NCBI RefSeq assembly: GCF_001457595.1
Contig: NZ_LN831039.1
Span: forward strand, 270,001-302,000
Source of the DNA: Mycolicibacterium smegmatis
GTDB taxonomy: Bacteria; Actinomycetota; Actinomycetes; Mycobacteriales; Mycobacteriaceae
Length of the DNA stretch: 32,000 nucleotides
Direction of reading: 5' to 3'
In this document: in pieces, positions 1 to 10,442 of the stretch
Layout of the letters: each line of letters starts with the position of its first letter
How positions within the stretch are numbered: the stretch's first letter is position 1
Made by a program: the position numbers and the translations under genes
Notes under the pieces: model-generated
Told to the model about the DNA's origin: nothing
Seen by the model: only the letters and a program-made list of their open reading frames with translations
Database searches by the model: none

Positions 1-1111
1 CGTCGATCAGATCGGCGAAGACGGTTTCGATGATCGCGTGCTGGCGGTGGGTGATGTCAGCCTCGGCGGTCGGCAAGTCTGTGTTGGTGAAGAACGGGTG
101 ATACCGCCACACCGGGAACAGCGCGTCCCGAAATCTCGCGTCTTTGACTCGCCGCACCACCAACCGCGCGGTGAACCGATCTTTGGTAGAGGCGAAGGCG
201 GTGTAGCTGACCTCGGCGACCTCGGCATCAGAAATCCAGTCACCGGTGTCGGGATCACGCACTGCACCGGGATAGTTGACCGGCTCCCAGGCCTGCTCGT
301 CGATCGAACTGATGGCCCGATCAACCGCGGTATTGCGGGTCATCACCACCGAGAAGTGCGCATTGTGGGCTCGGCAGGCGCCCACCACCGACCGGGTGCC
401 GTAGGACGAATCGCCACGCACCAGCAGTTGCCCGCGCACGCCGGCGGCGCGGGCGGTGGCGATGGCTTGGGCGACCATGCGGCCCGCACCCTTCCCGGAA
501 CTGGTCTTACCGGCGCGCAGCCGCATCCCGGCGATCACCGGCGCCGCTCCGGGGGTGCTGATCGTCGTCGCCAACGGGGAGAGCCCTTTACGCAGAACCT
601 GCTTACCAGCGATCTTGGTATGCCCGTAGGAGGCACCCTGTTTGGCGTGGCCATAGACCGGGCGCAGCAGTGAGTCGATGTCGATGAACGCCCCCGTGTC
701 GGATCCGGGCAGCAGGTCCACCCGCGCACAGAGTGCGGCCAGATGATGACGCAGGACCGACTCCAACTGCCGGGCGTGTCCGAAGGTGAACTCCCGCAAC
801 AGTGTTCCGATCGTCGATGGTGCATAGACCCCATCGAAGAGCGTCTTCATCCCGCCGCCACGCACGAGGTCGAGGTCATCAATGCTGTCGGCGCCGGCGC
901 ACATTCCGGCGACCACGGTGAGCAGCTTCGGCGACGGGTTGGCCGACCCGGACTTGATCCGTGGTTCGCTGATACGAACCTTGTCGGCCAGCAACTGTGA
1001 CAGCCCGGTCTGGGTGGCCAGCGTCATTACCGGCACCAGACCGGCGCACGACACGAGATGGGCATCATCGAAGACCGCCGACGACGCAGCGAACCTATGG
1101 GACACTTTCAC
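1..1111 (-). mobile_element. IS1380-family transposase; 3' end cut off by the window edge
   Basis: Manual reverse-strand translation is open from a GTG near 1111 to the window edge: VKVSHRFAASSAVFDDAHLVSCAGLVPVMTLATQTGLSQLLADKV...LLPGSDTGAFIDIDSLLRPVYGHAKQGASYGHTKIAGKQVLRKGLSPLATT...LVRGDSSYGTRSVVGACRAHNAHFSVVMTRN. This is typical of IS1380-family DDE transposases. It is absent from the ORF track because no stop codon lies in the window. Confidence 0.88.
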
Positions 1112-1236
1112 CGGAAGTGCCTTTCGAAGTTGTGCCGATAAGTGCCTAGAGAACACTCATCATCACAGCTCAGAAGGCACTTTCCTCGTCACGACACCCT
1201 GCGACCAGCCAATTCATCGGTGGATCGAGGATAAAC

Positions 1237-1512
1237 ATGAGTGCCAGCGTGACCGTGTTGGTGCAGTCGCTGATCGCGCGCGGGGACCGCGATGATCTCG
1301 ACCATGCGCAGCGGGTCATCGACCGGTTCGCGGCCCTTCCCACTGATCCGGGCTTCGTGCTGTACGACGTCCAGCTGATGCGATTGCGCGCCCTGCTGGC
1401 CCGTGCACGAGGGGACGAGGAACGGTACCGCGAGTGTTCGGACCGCTATCGCGAACTCGCGACGGCGTACCGCTACGAGGGCCACATGGCGCTGGCCGCG
1501 CGAATGGCGTGA
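1237..1512 (+). pseudogene. Probable C-terminal remnant of a larger TPR/ATPase-type (adenylate cyclase or LuxR-like) regulator, disrupted by the upstream IS element
   Basis: 91-aa ORF (...LMRLRALLARARGDEERYRECSDRYRELATAYRYEGHMALAARMA) resembles the extreme C-terminus of large cyclase/LuxR ATPase proteins. The frame stays open upstream toward the IS element (ATSQFIGGSRINMSASV) rather than beginning at a clear RBS. Confidence 0.5.
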
Positions 1513-1602
1513 CAGTCGATCACCGCGAGCGTGCGTGGACTGCTGAGGATTTACGGTGTGTCCGGCAGCAGGCACGCACGCTCGCGGTGCGGAGCAAAAA
1601 AT

Positions 1603-3318
1603 TTAGGTGCAGACTGCGCCGACGGCGGCGGACTGGACCAGCTTGGTGTACTTGGCCAGCACACCGGTCTTGTACCGCGGCGGCAGGGGCTCGAAGCCGG
1701 CCTTGCGGGCCTCGAACTCTTCTTCGTCGACGAGCACGTCGAGCGTGCCCTTGGCGACGTCGAGGCGGATGCGGTCACCGTCGCGCACGAACGCGATCGG
1801 GCCGCCGTCGACGGCCTCCGGCGCGATGTGCCCGACGCACAGACCCGTCGTACCGCCCGAGAACCGACCGTCGGTCATCAGCAGCACGTCCTTGCCCAGA
1901 CCCGCACCCTTGATGGCGCCGGTGATCGCGAGCATCTCGCGCATACCGGGACCGCCCTTGGGGCCCTCGTAGCGGATCACCACGACGTCGCCCGCCTGGA
2001 TGGTGCCGTCCTCGAGCGCGTCCATCGCGGCACGTTCGCGGTCGAAAACCCTTGCAGTGCCCTCGAACACGTCCGAATCGAAGCCGGCTGACTTGACCAC
2101 CGCACCCTCGGGAGCGAGCGAGCCGTGCAGGATCGTGATGCCGCCGGTCGGGTGGATCGGGTTGTTCATGGCCCGCAGCACCTTGCCGTCGGGATCCGGG
2201 GGAGCGATATGGGCCAGGTTCTCGGCCATGGTCTTGCCCGTGACCGTCAGGCACTCGCCGTTCAGCAGACCGGCATCCAGCAGAGCGCGCATCACCACGG
2301 GCACACCGCCGATCTCGTCGACGTGCTTCATGACATGGCGGCCGAACGGCTTGACGTCCGCGAGGTGCGGGACCTTGCTGCCGACGCGCGTGAAATCGTC
2401 GAGCGTCAGCTCCACCTCGGCCTCGCGGGCGATCGCCAGCAGGTGCAGCACGGCGTTGGTGGACCCGCCGAACGCCATGACCACGGCGATGGCGTTCTCG
2501 AAGGCCTCCTTGGTGAGGATGTCGCGAGCGGTGATGCCGCGACGCAGCATGTCGACGACGGCCTCGCCGGAGCGGCGCGCGAACTCGTCGCGGCGCTTGT
2601 CGATGGCGACCGGCGACGCGCTGCCGGGCAGCGACAGGCCGAGGGCCTCGGCGGCGCTGGCCATGGTGTTGGCGGTGTACATGCCGCCGCAGGCACCCTC
2701 GCCGGGGCAGATCGCGCGCTCGATGATGTCGACGTCCTCACGCGACATCAGGCCGCGCACGCACGCGCCGACGGCCTCGAACGCGTCGATGATCGTGACT
2801 TCCTTCTCGGTGCCGTCGGTCAGCTTCGCGACACCCGGCATGATCGAGCCGTTGTAGAAGAACACCGAGGCGAGGTCCAGCCGCGCGGCAGCCATGAGCA
2901 TGCCCGGAATGGACTTGTCGCAGCCGGCCAGCAGGACCGTGCCGTCGAGGCGCTCGGCCTGCACGACGGTCTCGACGCTGTCGGCGATCACCTCGCGCGA
3001 GACCAGCGAGAAGTGCATGCCCTCGTGGCCCATCGAGATGCCGTCGGACACCGAGATGGTGCCGAATTCGAGCGGGTAGCCGCCCGCCTCGTGGACGCCG
3101 TCCTTGACCGACTTCGCGAGGCGCTGCAGCGACATGTTGCACGGCGTGATCTCGTTCCACGACGACCCGACGCCGATCTGCGGCTTGGCCCAGTCGGCGT
3201 CGCCCATGCCTACCGCACGGAGCATCCCACGGGCGGCCGCCTTCTCGAGGCCGTCGGTGACGTCGCGACTGCGGGGCTTGATGTCAGGAGTCTCGGTGGA
3301 CTTGTCGTCTGAGGGCAT
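1603..3318 (-). CDS. ilvD: Dihydroxy-acid dehydratase
   Basis: Protein [61 protein letters not shown]...[15 protein letters not shown]...[16 protein letters not shown]... with IlvD/Edd signature motifs. The 668-aa track ORF is over-extended; the start at 3318 fits the family. Confidence 0.97.
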   Translation of the reverse strand: MPSDDKSTETPDIKPRSRDVTDGLEKAAARGMLRAVGMGDADWAKPQIGVGSSWNEITPCNMSLQRLAKSVKDGVHEAGGYPLEFGTISVSDGISMGHEGMHFSLVSREVIADSVETVVQAERLDGTVLLAGCDKSIPGMLMAAARLDLASVFFYNGSIMPGVAKLTDGTEKEVTIIDAFEAVGACVRGLMSREDVDIIERAICPGEGACGGMYTANTMASAAEALGLSLPGSASPVAIDKRRDEFARRSGEAVVDMLRRGITARDILTKEAFENAIAVVMAFGGSTNAVLHLLAIAREAEVELTLDDFTRVGSKVPHLADVKPFGRHVMKHVDEIGGVPVVMRALLDAGLLNGECLTVTGKTMAENLAHIAPPDPDGKVLRAMNNPIHPTGGITILHGSLAPEGAVVKSAGFDSDVFEGTARVFDRERAAMDALEDGTIQAGDVVVIRYEGPKGGPGMREMLAITGAIKGAGLGKDVLLMTDGRFSGGTTGLCVGHIAPEAVDGGPIAFVRDGDRIRLDVAKGTLDVLVDEEEFEARKAGFEPLPPRYKTGVLAKYTKLVQSAAVGAVCT

Positions 3319-3365
3319 GGATGCAAGTATGCTCGCTCGGTTTCTCGCGTCCAAACCAGCGTGCA

Positions 3366-3380
3366 TACCCCCATGGGGTA
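3366..3380. promoter_or_regulatory. RicR-type copper-responsive operator TACCC-N5-GGGTA
   Basis: Exact TACCC CCATG GGGTA at 3366-3380, 16 bp upstream of the ricR ATG (3397). It is nested in a wider inverted repeat GCATACC (3363-3369) / GGTATGC (3383-3389). Confidence 0.8.
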
Positions 3381-3396
3381 CCGGTATGCTGGCGTG

Positions 3397-3702
3397 ATGG
3401 ACGCAACTGACGAATCGGGCGTGCACGGCTACTCGGCGCAGAAAGAGAACTACGCCAAGCGACTGCGCCGTATCGAGGGTCAGGTCCGCGGCATAGCGAA
3501 GATGATCGACGAGGACAAATACTGCATCGACGTCCTCACCCAGATCAGCGCCGTCAACAGCGCATTGCAATCCGTCGCGCTCGGCCTGCTCGACGAACAC
3601 CTGGGCCACTGCGTGAGCCAGGCCGTCGCCGAGGGCGGCCAGGAGGCCGAGGCCAAGCTCGCCGAGGCATCGGCCGCGATCGCGCGCCTCGTCCGGTCCT
3701 GA
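3397..3702 (+). CDS. ricR: CsoR-family copper-sensing transcriptional repressor (RicR-like)
   Basis: [73 protein letters not shown]: CsoR fold with the Cys/His/Cys Cu(I) ligand pattern. Divergent from ilvD, as in Rv0189c/Rv0190. Confidence 0.93.
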   Translation: MDATDESGVHGYSAQKENYAKRLRRIEGQVRGIAKMIDEDKYCIDVLTQISAVNSALQSVALGLLDEHLGHCVSQAVAEGGQEAEAKLAEASAAIARLVRS

Positions 3703-3721
3703 CGTGGCGGCCCCGACGCGC

Positions 3722-4020
3722 TAATCCCCGAGTTCGCGCTCGATGCGTTCGACCTTCGCGGTGAGCTGGCCTGTGTAGCCGGGCCGGATGTCGGCCTTGA
3801 GGACGAGGCTGACGCGCGGGGACACCGCGGCCACCGCGTCGACGGCACGTTTGACCACGTCCATCACCTCGTCCCACTCACCCTCGATGTTGGTGAACAT
3901 CGCGTTGGTCTCGTTGGGTAGGCCCGACTCGCGGACCACGCGCACGGCCGCGGCGACCGCGGCGCTGACACTGCCCGACTCATCACCGCCGGTCGGACTG
4001 ACACTGAAGGCAACAATCAC
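3722..4020 (-). CDS. MTH1187/YqgV-family thiamine-binding-like protein
   Basis: [99 protein letters not shown] matches the conserved small-protein pattern of this family. Confidence 0.8.
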
Positions 4021-4082
4021 GACACCGATTCTGCGCGCCGACTCAGCTCGCGGGCACCCCGAGCCGTTAGCGTGGCCCCACC

Positions 4083-5321
4083 ATGACCGTGACGCCGCCG
4101 ACGGTGAGCCCGTGGACCGTGCGCGTCGCCGCGCAGCTGACGGTGCTCGCGGCGGCGGCGTTCATCTACGTCACCGCCGAGATCCTCCCGGTCGGCGCGC
4201 TGCCCGTGATCGCCGCGGACCTCAACGTGAGCGAGGGTCTGGTCGGGACGCTCATGGCGGGCTACGCGCTGATCGCGGCGCTGACCACGGTGGCGCTGGT
4301 GCGGCTGACCGCACGCTGGCCGCGCCGTCGCGCGCTGCTCGTGACCATGGTGTGTCTGACCGTCTCGCAAGTGATCTCGGCCATGGCACCCAACTTCGCG
4401 GTGCTCGCGGGCGGGCGTGTGCTGTGTGCGCTCGCCCACGGCCTGATGTGGTCGGTGATCGCGCCGATCGGGGTGCGCCTGGTGCCGCCCAGTCACGCGG
4501 GCCGTGCGACCGCGGCGGTGTACGTCGGCACCGGTCTGGCACTCGTGGTGGGCAACCCGCTGACCGCTGCCCTCAGTGAACTGTGGGGGTGGCGGCAGGC
4601 CGTGGTCGCGGTCGCGATCGCGGCGGCGGCCGTGACCCTGGCCGCGCGGGTGCTGCTACCGCTCATGCCCGCCGAGCGTGCCCGGGCCGGGTCCGCGGGC
4701 AGGCCCGTCCACGGACGCGGCCTTCTCACGTTGTCGCTGCTGACGCTCATCGGCGTCACCGGGCATTTCGTCGCCTACACGTTCATCGTCGCGATCATCC
4801 GGGACGTGGTCGGCATCGACGGACCCCACCTGGCGTGGCTGCTGGCCGGGTACGGCGTCGCGGGCCTGGCCGCGATGGCCGCGATGGCCGCGATGGCACG
4901 GCCGCTGGACCTGTGGCCGAAGGCATCGGTCACGGCCGCTCTGGTGGTGTTGGCAGCGTCCCTGGTGACGCTCGCGGTGCTGTCCGCCCAGCCCCGGGCC
5001 GGGGTGACGACCGGGGTGGTGATGGTGATCGGGACCGTGGCGATCGTGCTGTGGGGCGCGTCCTCCACGGCGCTGCCGCCCATGCTGCAGACCTCGGCGA
5101 TGCGCACGTCGCCCGAGGACCCCGACGGTGCGTCCGGCCGGTACGTCGCGGCGTTCCAGGTCGGCATCATGACCGGCGCCCTCGTCGGGGCGGGTGTCTA
5201 CGAGGCCGTCGGACTCACCGCGATGATCGGCACCGCCGCGGTGCTGATCACGGCCGCGATGTGCGGCGCGCTGGCCGTGCGGGACGTGTTCAACCGGTCC
5301 CGCGACCTGTCGACGCGGTAA
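4083..5321 (+). CDS. MFS transporter (Rv0191-like drug/arabinose efflux family)
   Basis: About 412 aa and strongly hydrophobic, with MFS motifs ([30 protein letters not shown]; [31 protein letters not shown]). Confidence 0.9.
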   Translation: MTVTPPTVSPWTVRVAAQLTVLAAAAFIYVTAEILPVGALPVIAADLNVSEGLVGTLMAGYALIAALTTVALVRLTARWPRRRALLVTMVCLTVSQVISAMAPNFAVLAGGRVLCALAHGLMWSVIAPIGVRLVPPSHAGRATAAVYVGTGLALVVGNPLTAALSELWGWRQAVVAVAIAAAAVTLAARVLLPLMPAERARAGSAGRPVHGRGLLTLSLLTLIGVTGHFVAYTFIVAIIRDVVGIDGPHLAWLLAGYGVAGLAAMAAMAAMARPLDLWPKASVTAALVVLAASLVTLAVLSAQPRAGVTTGVVMVIGTVAIVLWGASSTALPPMLQTSAMRTSPEDPDGASGRYVAAFQVGIMTGALVGAGVYEAVGLTAMIGTAAVLITAAMCGALAVRDVFNRSRDLSTR

Positions 5322-5478
5322 CCGCGGTAACACAGTGGCCGCAGGGGCCGACCTACATCGCAGTGGGGCGTAGATCCGGCCCGGCACACGGACCTTCCTG
5401 TCGAACGGTTGTTCGGAGAATCTCGGCCTGTGCGCGCCCTGTGCGACACTGGAACCAGTTGTGCTCTGGAGGTACCAC

Positions 5479-6519
5479 ATGCCGAAATCGGCAAAACGCA
5501 GACTGATCACCGCTTTCATGGCCGCGGGTTTGGTCGGTGGACTGGTCATGAGTCCGTCCGCTTCAGCAGATCCCGAAGTGCCGGCCCCGCCGGTCCCCGT
5601 CGAACCGGCCGCGCCCCCGGCGCCGCCCAATCCGTTCGCATTCCCGCCGCCCGCCGCTCCGGCGGCAGTCGGGCCGGCGGACCCCGCGACGCCCGGTGCG
5701 ACCGCGACCGACCCCGACGCGCAGGTGGTCACCAACTACGGTGCGCCCGCCGTGCCGATCGAGGGCGTGCCCGAGGGACAGAACCCGGAACCGTTCACCG
5801 GTCAGCCGCCGTTCCTGCCGCCGTCGTTCAACCCCGTCAACGGGTCGATGGTGGGCGTCGCCAAACCCATCTACATCAACTTCCAGCGGCCCATCGCCAA
5901 CAAGCAGATGGCGCAGGACGCGATCCGCATCACGTCCAACCCGCCCGTGCCCGGCCGGTTCTACTGGGTCACCGACACCCAGTTGCGGTGGCGCCCGCAG
6001 GACTTCTGGCCGTCCAACACCGTCGTGAACATCGACGCCGCGGGCACCAAGTCCAGCTTCCGCGTCGGTGACTACCTGGTGGCGACCGTCGACGACAGCA
6101 CCCACCAGATGGAGATCCGCCGGAACGGGAAGCTGGAGAAGACCTTCCCGGTGTCGATGGGCAAGAACGACGGCAAGCACGAGACCAAGAACGGCACCTA
6201 CTACGTGCTGGAGAAGTTCGAGGACATCGTGATGGACTCGTCGACCTACGGCGTGCCCGTCGACTCGGCCGAGGGCTACAAGCTCAAGGTCAAGGACGCC
6301 GTGCGCATCGACAACAGCGGCATCTTCGTCCACAGCGCCCCGTGGTCGGTGGGCGACCAGGGCAAGCGCAACGTCAGCCACGGCTGCATCAACCTCAGCC
6401 CCGAGAACGCCCGCTGGTTCTACGAGCAGTTCGGCAGCGGCGACCCCGTGGTGATCAAGAACAGCAAGGGCGGTTGGTACGACCAGCCCGACGGTGCATC
6501 CGACTGGCAGATGTTCTAG
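5479..6519 (+). CDS. L,D-transpeptidase (YkuD domain, LdtMt3/Rv0192-like) with signal peptide
   Basis: YkuD catalytic motif [19 protein letters not shown] plus [24 protein letters not shown]-terminal signal sequence, Pro/Ala-rich linker and Ig-like domain. The ATG at 5479 has CTGGAGGT upstream. Confidence 0.93.
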   Translation: MPKSAKRRLITAFMAAGLVGGLVMSPSASADPEVPAPPVPVEPAAPPAPPNPFAFPPPAAPAAVGPADPATPGATATDPDAQVVTNYGAPAVPIEGVPEGQNPEPFTGQPPFLPPSFNPVNGSMVGVAKPIYINFQRPIANKQMAQDAIRITSNPPVPGRFYWVTDTQLRWRPQDFWPSNTVVNIDAAGTKSSFRVGDYLVATVDDSTHQMEIRRNGKLEKTFPVSMGKNDGKHETKNGTYYVLEKFEDIVMDSSTYGVPVDSAEGYKLKVKDAVRIDNSGIFVHSAPWSVGDQGKRNVSHGCINLSPENARWFYEQFGSGDPVVIKNSKGGWYDQPDGASDWQMF

Positions 6520-6531
6520 CCGGACGTCATA

Positions 6532-6568
6532 CGAAGAACCCCCGCAGCCCGGCTGCGGGGGTTCTTCG
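6532..6568. terminator. Strong bidirectional intrinsic-type terminator hairpin between convergent ldt and zmp1 genes
   Basis: Perfect 17-bp inverted repeat CGAAGAACCCCCGCAGC (6532-6548), 3-nt loop CCG, GCTGCGGGGGTTCTTCG (6552-6568). Located 12 bp after the ldt stop and 13 bp before the 3' end of zmp1. Confidence 0.9.
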
Positions 6569-6581
6569 TTGTCGGATCCGA

Positions 6582-8582
6582 TCAGTTCCAGATGCGGACC
6601 CGACGCTCGGGTTCGAGGAACAGCTCGTCGTTCTCGGTGACATCGAACGCCTCGTAGAAGTCGTCGATGTTGCGGACGACGCCGTTGCACCGGAACTCCG
6701 GCGGCGAATGCGGATCGACCGCCAGACGCCGGATGGCCTCGGCCTCACGGGACTTGGTGCGCCACACTTGCGCCCAGCCGAAGAACACGCGCTGCACACC
6801 GGTCAGGCCGTCGATGACGGGGGCCTCCTTGCCCTTCAGCGAGAGCTTGTAGGCGAGCAGCGCGATGGACAGGCCGCCGAGGTCACCGATGTTCTCGCCG
6901 ACGGTGAACGCGCCGTTGACATGGTGCGACGGGTCGAGCCCGCGCGGCGTGAACTGCTCGTACTGCTCGATCAAAGCCTTGGTGCGAGCACCGAATTCGG
7001 TGCGGTCGGCGTCGGTCCACCAGTCCACGAGGTTGCCGTCGCCGTCGTACTTGGCACCCTGATCGTCGAAGCCGTGCCCGATCTCGTGACCGATCACCGC
7101 GCCGATGCCACCGTAGTTGGCCGCGTCGTCGGCCTCGGCGTCGAAGAACGGCGGTTGCAGAATCGCTGCGGGGAACACGATTTCGTTCATGCCGGGGTTG
7201 TAGTAGGCATTCACGGTCTGCGGCGTCATGAACCATTCGTCGCGGTCCACGGGGCCACCGAGCTTGGCGAGCTCACGGTCGGAGTTCACGATGTAGCCCC
7301 GGCGGTAGTTGCCGTACAGATCGTCGCGCTTGATCACCACCGCGGAGTAGTCGCGCCAGCGGGCCGGGTAACCGATCTTCGGCGTGAACTTGTCCAGCTT
7401 CGCCAGCGCCTTGGCCCTGGTCTCCGGGGTCATCCAGTCCAGCTCGTCGATGCTGACCCGGTAGGCCTCACGCAGGTTGGCCACCAGTTCGTCCATGCGC
7501 GCCTTGGCCTCCGGCGGGAAATGCCGCTGCACATAGAGCTTGCCGAGCGCGTCACCCATGAGGTTCTCGACCACCGACACCGCGCGCTTCCACCGGTCGC
7601 GGATCTGCTCGGTGCCCGACAGGGTGCGCCCGTAGAACGCGAAATCCTCGGCCACCAGGTCGTCGGTGAGCAGCCCGGCGCGGGCGTGGATGACGCGCCA
7701 GCGCGCCCACGCCTTCCAGTCCTCCAGATCCTCCGAGGCCCACAGCCCCGCGAACGCGGTCAGGTAGTCGGGCTGGCGGACCACGAGCTCGGCCACGGTG
7801 TCCGGCGTGGTGCCGAGTCCCTGGACCCACCCGGACCAGTCGAAGCCGGGGGCCTCGGCGGGCAGGTCGGCGAACCGGCGCAGGTTGTAGGTCAGGTCGG
7901 CGTCGCGGCGTTTGACCACGTCCCAGTGCGCGGCGGCGATCTTGGACTCCAGCGCGACGATGCGCGCGGCGGTGTCGGTGTGGTCGCCGCCGTAGATCAG
8001 GCCGAACATCTTGGCGATGTGCACGGGGTAGCCGGCCAGGATCTCGGCGTGCTGCTCGTCGCGGAAGTACGACTCGTCGGGCAGGCCGATGCCGGACTGT
8101 CCCATGTGCAGCAGGTACCGCGTCGAGTTCTTCGAGTCGGTGTCGACGTACACGCCGGCACCGCCGCCGACGCCGGTGCGCTGCAGTCCGCCCAGCACGG
8201 CCGCCAGTGCGTCGGCATCGGGGGCCGCGTCGATCAACGCCAGTTCGTCGAGCAGCGGCTGCAGACCACGCTCGGCGATGGTCTGGGTGTCCATGAAGCT
8301 CGCGTAGAGGTCGCCGATGCGCTGCTCGTCGGTGCCGTCGGCCGCGCCTGAGGCGGCGGCCTCGGTGATCAGATCGCGGATCTGCTCCTCGGCGCGGTCG
8401 TAGAGCAGGCGGAACGCGCCGTCGGTGGCCCGGTCCGCGGGGATCTCGTATTCGGTCAGCCAGCGCCCGTTGACGTGGCCGAACAGGTCGTCTTGGGGGC
8501 GGGTCCGCGGATCGACATGGGTCAGGTCGATGCCTGACTTCCCGGTCGCGTCCGCGGTGCCGCGAGTTGCTTGAACCGTCAC
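6582..8582 (-). CDS. zmp1: M13-family zinc metallopeptidase (Zmp1-like)
   Basis: HExxH in VIGHEIGHGFDDQGAKYDGDGNLVDWWT, NENIGD-type motif (VGENIGDLGGLSIALLAYK), C-terminal WRTKSREAE. Probable GTG start at 8582 (MTVQATRGTADATG). Confidence 0.95.
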   Translation of the reverse strand: MTVQATRGTADATGKSGIDLTHVDPRTRPQDDLFGHVNGRWLTEYEIPADRATDGAFRLLYDRAEEQIRDLITEAAASGAADGTDEQRIGDLYASFMDTQTIAERGLQPLLDELALIDAAPDADALAAVLGGLQRTGVGGGAGVYVDTDSKNSTRYLLHMGQSGIGLPDESYFRDEQHAEILAGYPVHIAKMFGLIYGGDHTDTAARIVALESKIAAAHWDVVKRRDADLTYNLRRFADLPAEAPGFDWSGWVQGLGTTPDTVAELVVRQPDYLTAFAGLWASEDLEDWKAWARWRVIHARAGLLTDDLVAEDFAFYGRTLSGTEQIRDRWKRAVSVVENLMGDALGKLYVQRHFPPEAKARMDELVANLREAYRVSIDELDWMTPETRAKALAKLDKFTPKIGYPARWRDYSAVVIKRDDLYGNYRRGYIVNSDRELAKLGGPVDRDEWFMTPQTVNAYYNPGMNEIVFPAAILQPPFFDAEADDAANYGGIGAVIGHEIGHGFDDQGAKYDGDGNLVDWWTDADRTEFGARTKALIEQYEQFTPRGLDPSHHVNGAFTVGENIGDLGGLSIALLAYKLSLKGKEAPVIDGLTGVQRVFFGWAQVWRTKSREAEAIRRLAVDPHSPPEFRCNGVVRNIDDFYEAFDVTENDELFLEPERRVRIWN

Positions 8583-8645
8583 CCCGACATTCTTCCAGAC
8601 GCCCGCCGCGGCGCCCGGCGTCGAACGGACGCTACCCTCACGGCC

Positions 8646-9266
8646 ATGCCTGACGCGCCCAGCAAGGACGCCCCCGAGCGGGAGCCCGAGACGGATCCGG
8701 GAGCCACCGGCGGAATCTTCAGCAGCTACGGCGTCGCCTCGGCCGTGCTCGGGGTCATCGCGATCGCCGCGGTGGTGCTCGGAACCATGATCTTCACGGC
8801 ACACCGCGACGAGATCTCCGAACGCGACTATCAGACCCGCGTGCTGCAGGCCGCGGCCGAGTGGACGAACGTGCTGATCAACATGACCGCCGAGACCGTC
8901 GACGCCGACATGCAGAAGCTGCACGAGGGCACCGTCGGACAGCTCAACAACGACTTCGACTCCGCGGTGCAGCCGTACCGCGAGCTGGTGCAGCGCCTGC
9001 AATCCCGCACCACCGGCCAGCTGGACTCGGTGGCCATCGAATCGCTGTACCACCCGCAACCCGGACCCGACGGCCGCGTTCAGCAGCCCGAACGGGCCGA
9101 ACTCACGGGAATGGTGTCGCGGATCGACACGGTCCTGGTGGTGGCGACATCGGTCACCGAGACCGCGGGCTCCGACAAGCCGAGGACCGTGCGCTGGAAC
9201 CTGCGCCTCGACGTCGCCGACGTCGACGGTCAGCTGATGATCTCGCGTCTGGAGCCCATCCGATGA
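8646..9266 (+). CDS. omamA: Orphaned Mce-associated membrane protein A
   Basis: MPDAPSKDAPEREPETDPGATGGIFSSYGVASAVLGVIAIAAVVLGTMIF... single N-terminal TM followed by a Mas-type domain. Divergent from zmp1, as in Rv0198c/Rv0199. Confidence 0.83.
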   Translation: MPDAPSKDAPEREPETDPGATGGIFSSYGVASAVLGVIAIAAVVLGTMIFTAHRDEISERDYQTRVLQAAAEWTNVLINMTAETVDADMQKLHEGTVGQLNNDFDSAVQPYRELVQRLQSRTTGQLDSVAIESLYHPQPGPDGRVQQPERAELTGMVSRIDTVLVVATSVTETAGSDKPRTVRWNLRLDVADVDGQLMISRLEPIR

Positions 9267-9952
9267 GGAACCGGTTGCGCGTGCTGGCCTTCGACGTCGC
9301 CGCCCCGCTGGCCGCGATCGCCGCGCTGGTCTATCTGGGCGCGGCCCTCGGCTGGCCGACGTGGTGGGTGTCGGTGTGCTCGATCCTGTGCCTGCTGATC
9401 GTGCAGGGCGTGGTGGTCAACGTGGTGCTGGCCTGCCGCGACGGCGTGACGCTCGGCACCGACGACGACGGGCCCGGGCTGCGGCTCGCGGTGGTCGGCG
9501 TCGCCACGGCCGCGCTGGTGGCAGCCGTGGTGGTCGGCTATCTCCGCTGGACCGCTCCCGACGACGAGTTCAACCGCGACCGCGAACAGGTGGTGCGCAT
9601 CGCCAGCAGCGTCGCCGAAGCCACCGCGACGTTCACCCCGCAGAGCCCGACGGCATCGATCGACCGGGCCGCCGCGCAGATGGCGCCCGATCGTGCCGAG
9701 GCGTTCAAGAACGAATTCGCCACGGTGGCAAAGGACCTCACCAGCCGCAACGTCTCGGCACAGGCCAGCACGGTCTCGGCCGGTGTCGAGGCGCTCGGAC
9801 CGCGGGCCGCCAGTGTCGCCGTCGTCCTGCGCGGTACGCAGAGCGTGCCGGGCAAGCCCACGGACAACGCCGTGCTGGCGCTGCGGGTCACGCTCACCAA
9901 GTCCGACGGCCGCTGGCTCGTCGACGACGTACGCCCGGCCCACTCCCGCTGA
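9263..9952 (+). CDS. omamB: Orphaned Mce-associated membrane protein B
   Basis: The ATG overlaps the upstream TGA (ATGA). MRNRLRVLAFDVAAPLAAIAALVYLGAALGWPTWWVSVCSILCLLIV... with Mce-associated domain LVDDVRPAHSR at the C-terminus. Position equivalent to Rv0200. Confidence 0.8.
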   Translation: MRNRLRVLAFDVAAPLAAIAALVYLGAALGWPTWWVSVCSILCLLIVQGVVVNVVLACRDGVTLGTDDDGPGLRLAVVGVATAALVAAVVVGYLRWTAPDDEFNRDREQVVRIASSVAEATATFTPQSPTASIDRAAAQMAPDRAEAFKNEFATVAKDLTSRNVSAQASTVSAGVEALGPRAASVAVVLRGTQSVPGKPTDNAVLALRVTLTKSDGRWLVDDVRPAHSR

Positions 9953-9971
9953 GCACTCCCGCTAACTCGCG

Positions 9972-10442
9972 CTAGTAGGCCTTCTTGGGCCTGCGGGAGT
10001 CGATCACGCCGGTGTTGAACCCGGCGAGGTGCAGGCCGCCGGCGAACCGGGCGTGCTCGATCTTCATGCAGCGGTCCTGCACCACCTGCAGCCCGGCGGC
10101 CTCGCCGTCACGGACCACCTCGTCGTGGCGCAGCCCGAGCTGCAGCCACAGGGTCTTGGCGCCCACCGCGATGGTCTCCTTGAGCACATCGGGCAGGTCG
10201 TCACGCCGACGGAACACGTCGACCAGATCGGGCACCACGGGCAGCTCGGACAGGCTGGGGTACACCGGTGTGCCCTCGATCTCCTTGATCGTGGGGTTCA
10301 CCAGGTAGATGTCGTAGTCGCCGGTCGACTTGAGGTAGGTCCACACGAAGTAGCTCGCGCGCGACGTGTTGGCCGAGGCGCCCACGATGGCCACCGAGCG
10401 GGTCTCGCGCAGGATGCGCTGGCGGGTCAGGGCGTCAGTCAT
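9972..10442 (-). CDS. CoA-binding (Rossmann) domain protein, YccU-like
   Basis: RSVAIVGASANTSRASYFVWTYLKSTGDYDIYLVNPTIKEIEGTPVYPSLSELPVVPDLVDVFRRRDDLPDVLKETIAVGAKTLWLQLGLR...VVQDRCMKIEH is characteristic of CoA_binding_2 proteins. Confidence 0.9.
   Translation of the reverse strand: MTDALTRQRILRETRSVAIVGASANTSRASYFVWTYLKSTGDYDIYLVNPTIKEIEGTPVYPSLSELPVVPDLVDVFRRRDDLPDVLKETIAVGAKTLWLQLGLRHDEVVRDGEAAGLQVVQDRCMKIEHARFAGGLHLAGFNTGVIDSRRPKKAY

Noticed and set aside
2125-3312. 395-aa plus-strand ORF over ilvD
   Set aside because: Antisense shadow frame of ilvD.
3318-3609. N-terminal extension of the 668-aa ilvD track ORF
   Set aside because: Extends through the RicR operator and into ricR; its translation ([20 protein letters not shown]...) is antisense to ricR and not IlvD-like.
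6342-8351. 669-aa plus-strand ORF overlapping zmp1 and the ldt 3' end
   Set aside because: Antisense frame of the well-supported zmp1 and spans the terminator hairpin; GC codon-bias artefact.
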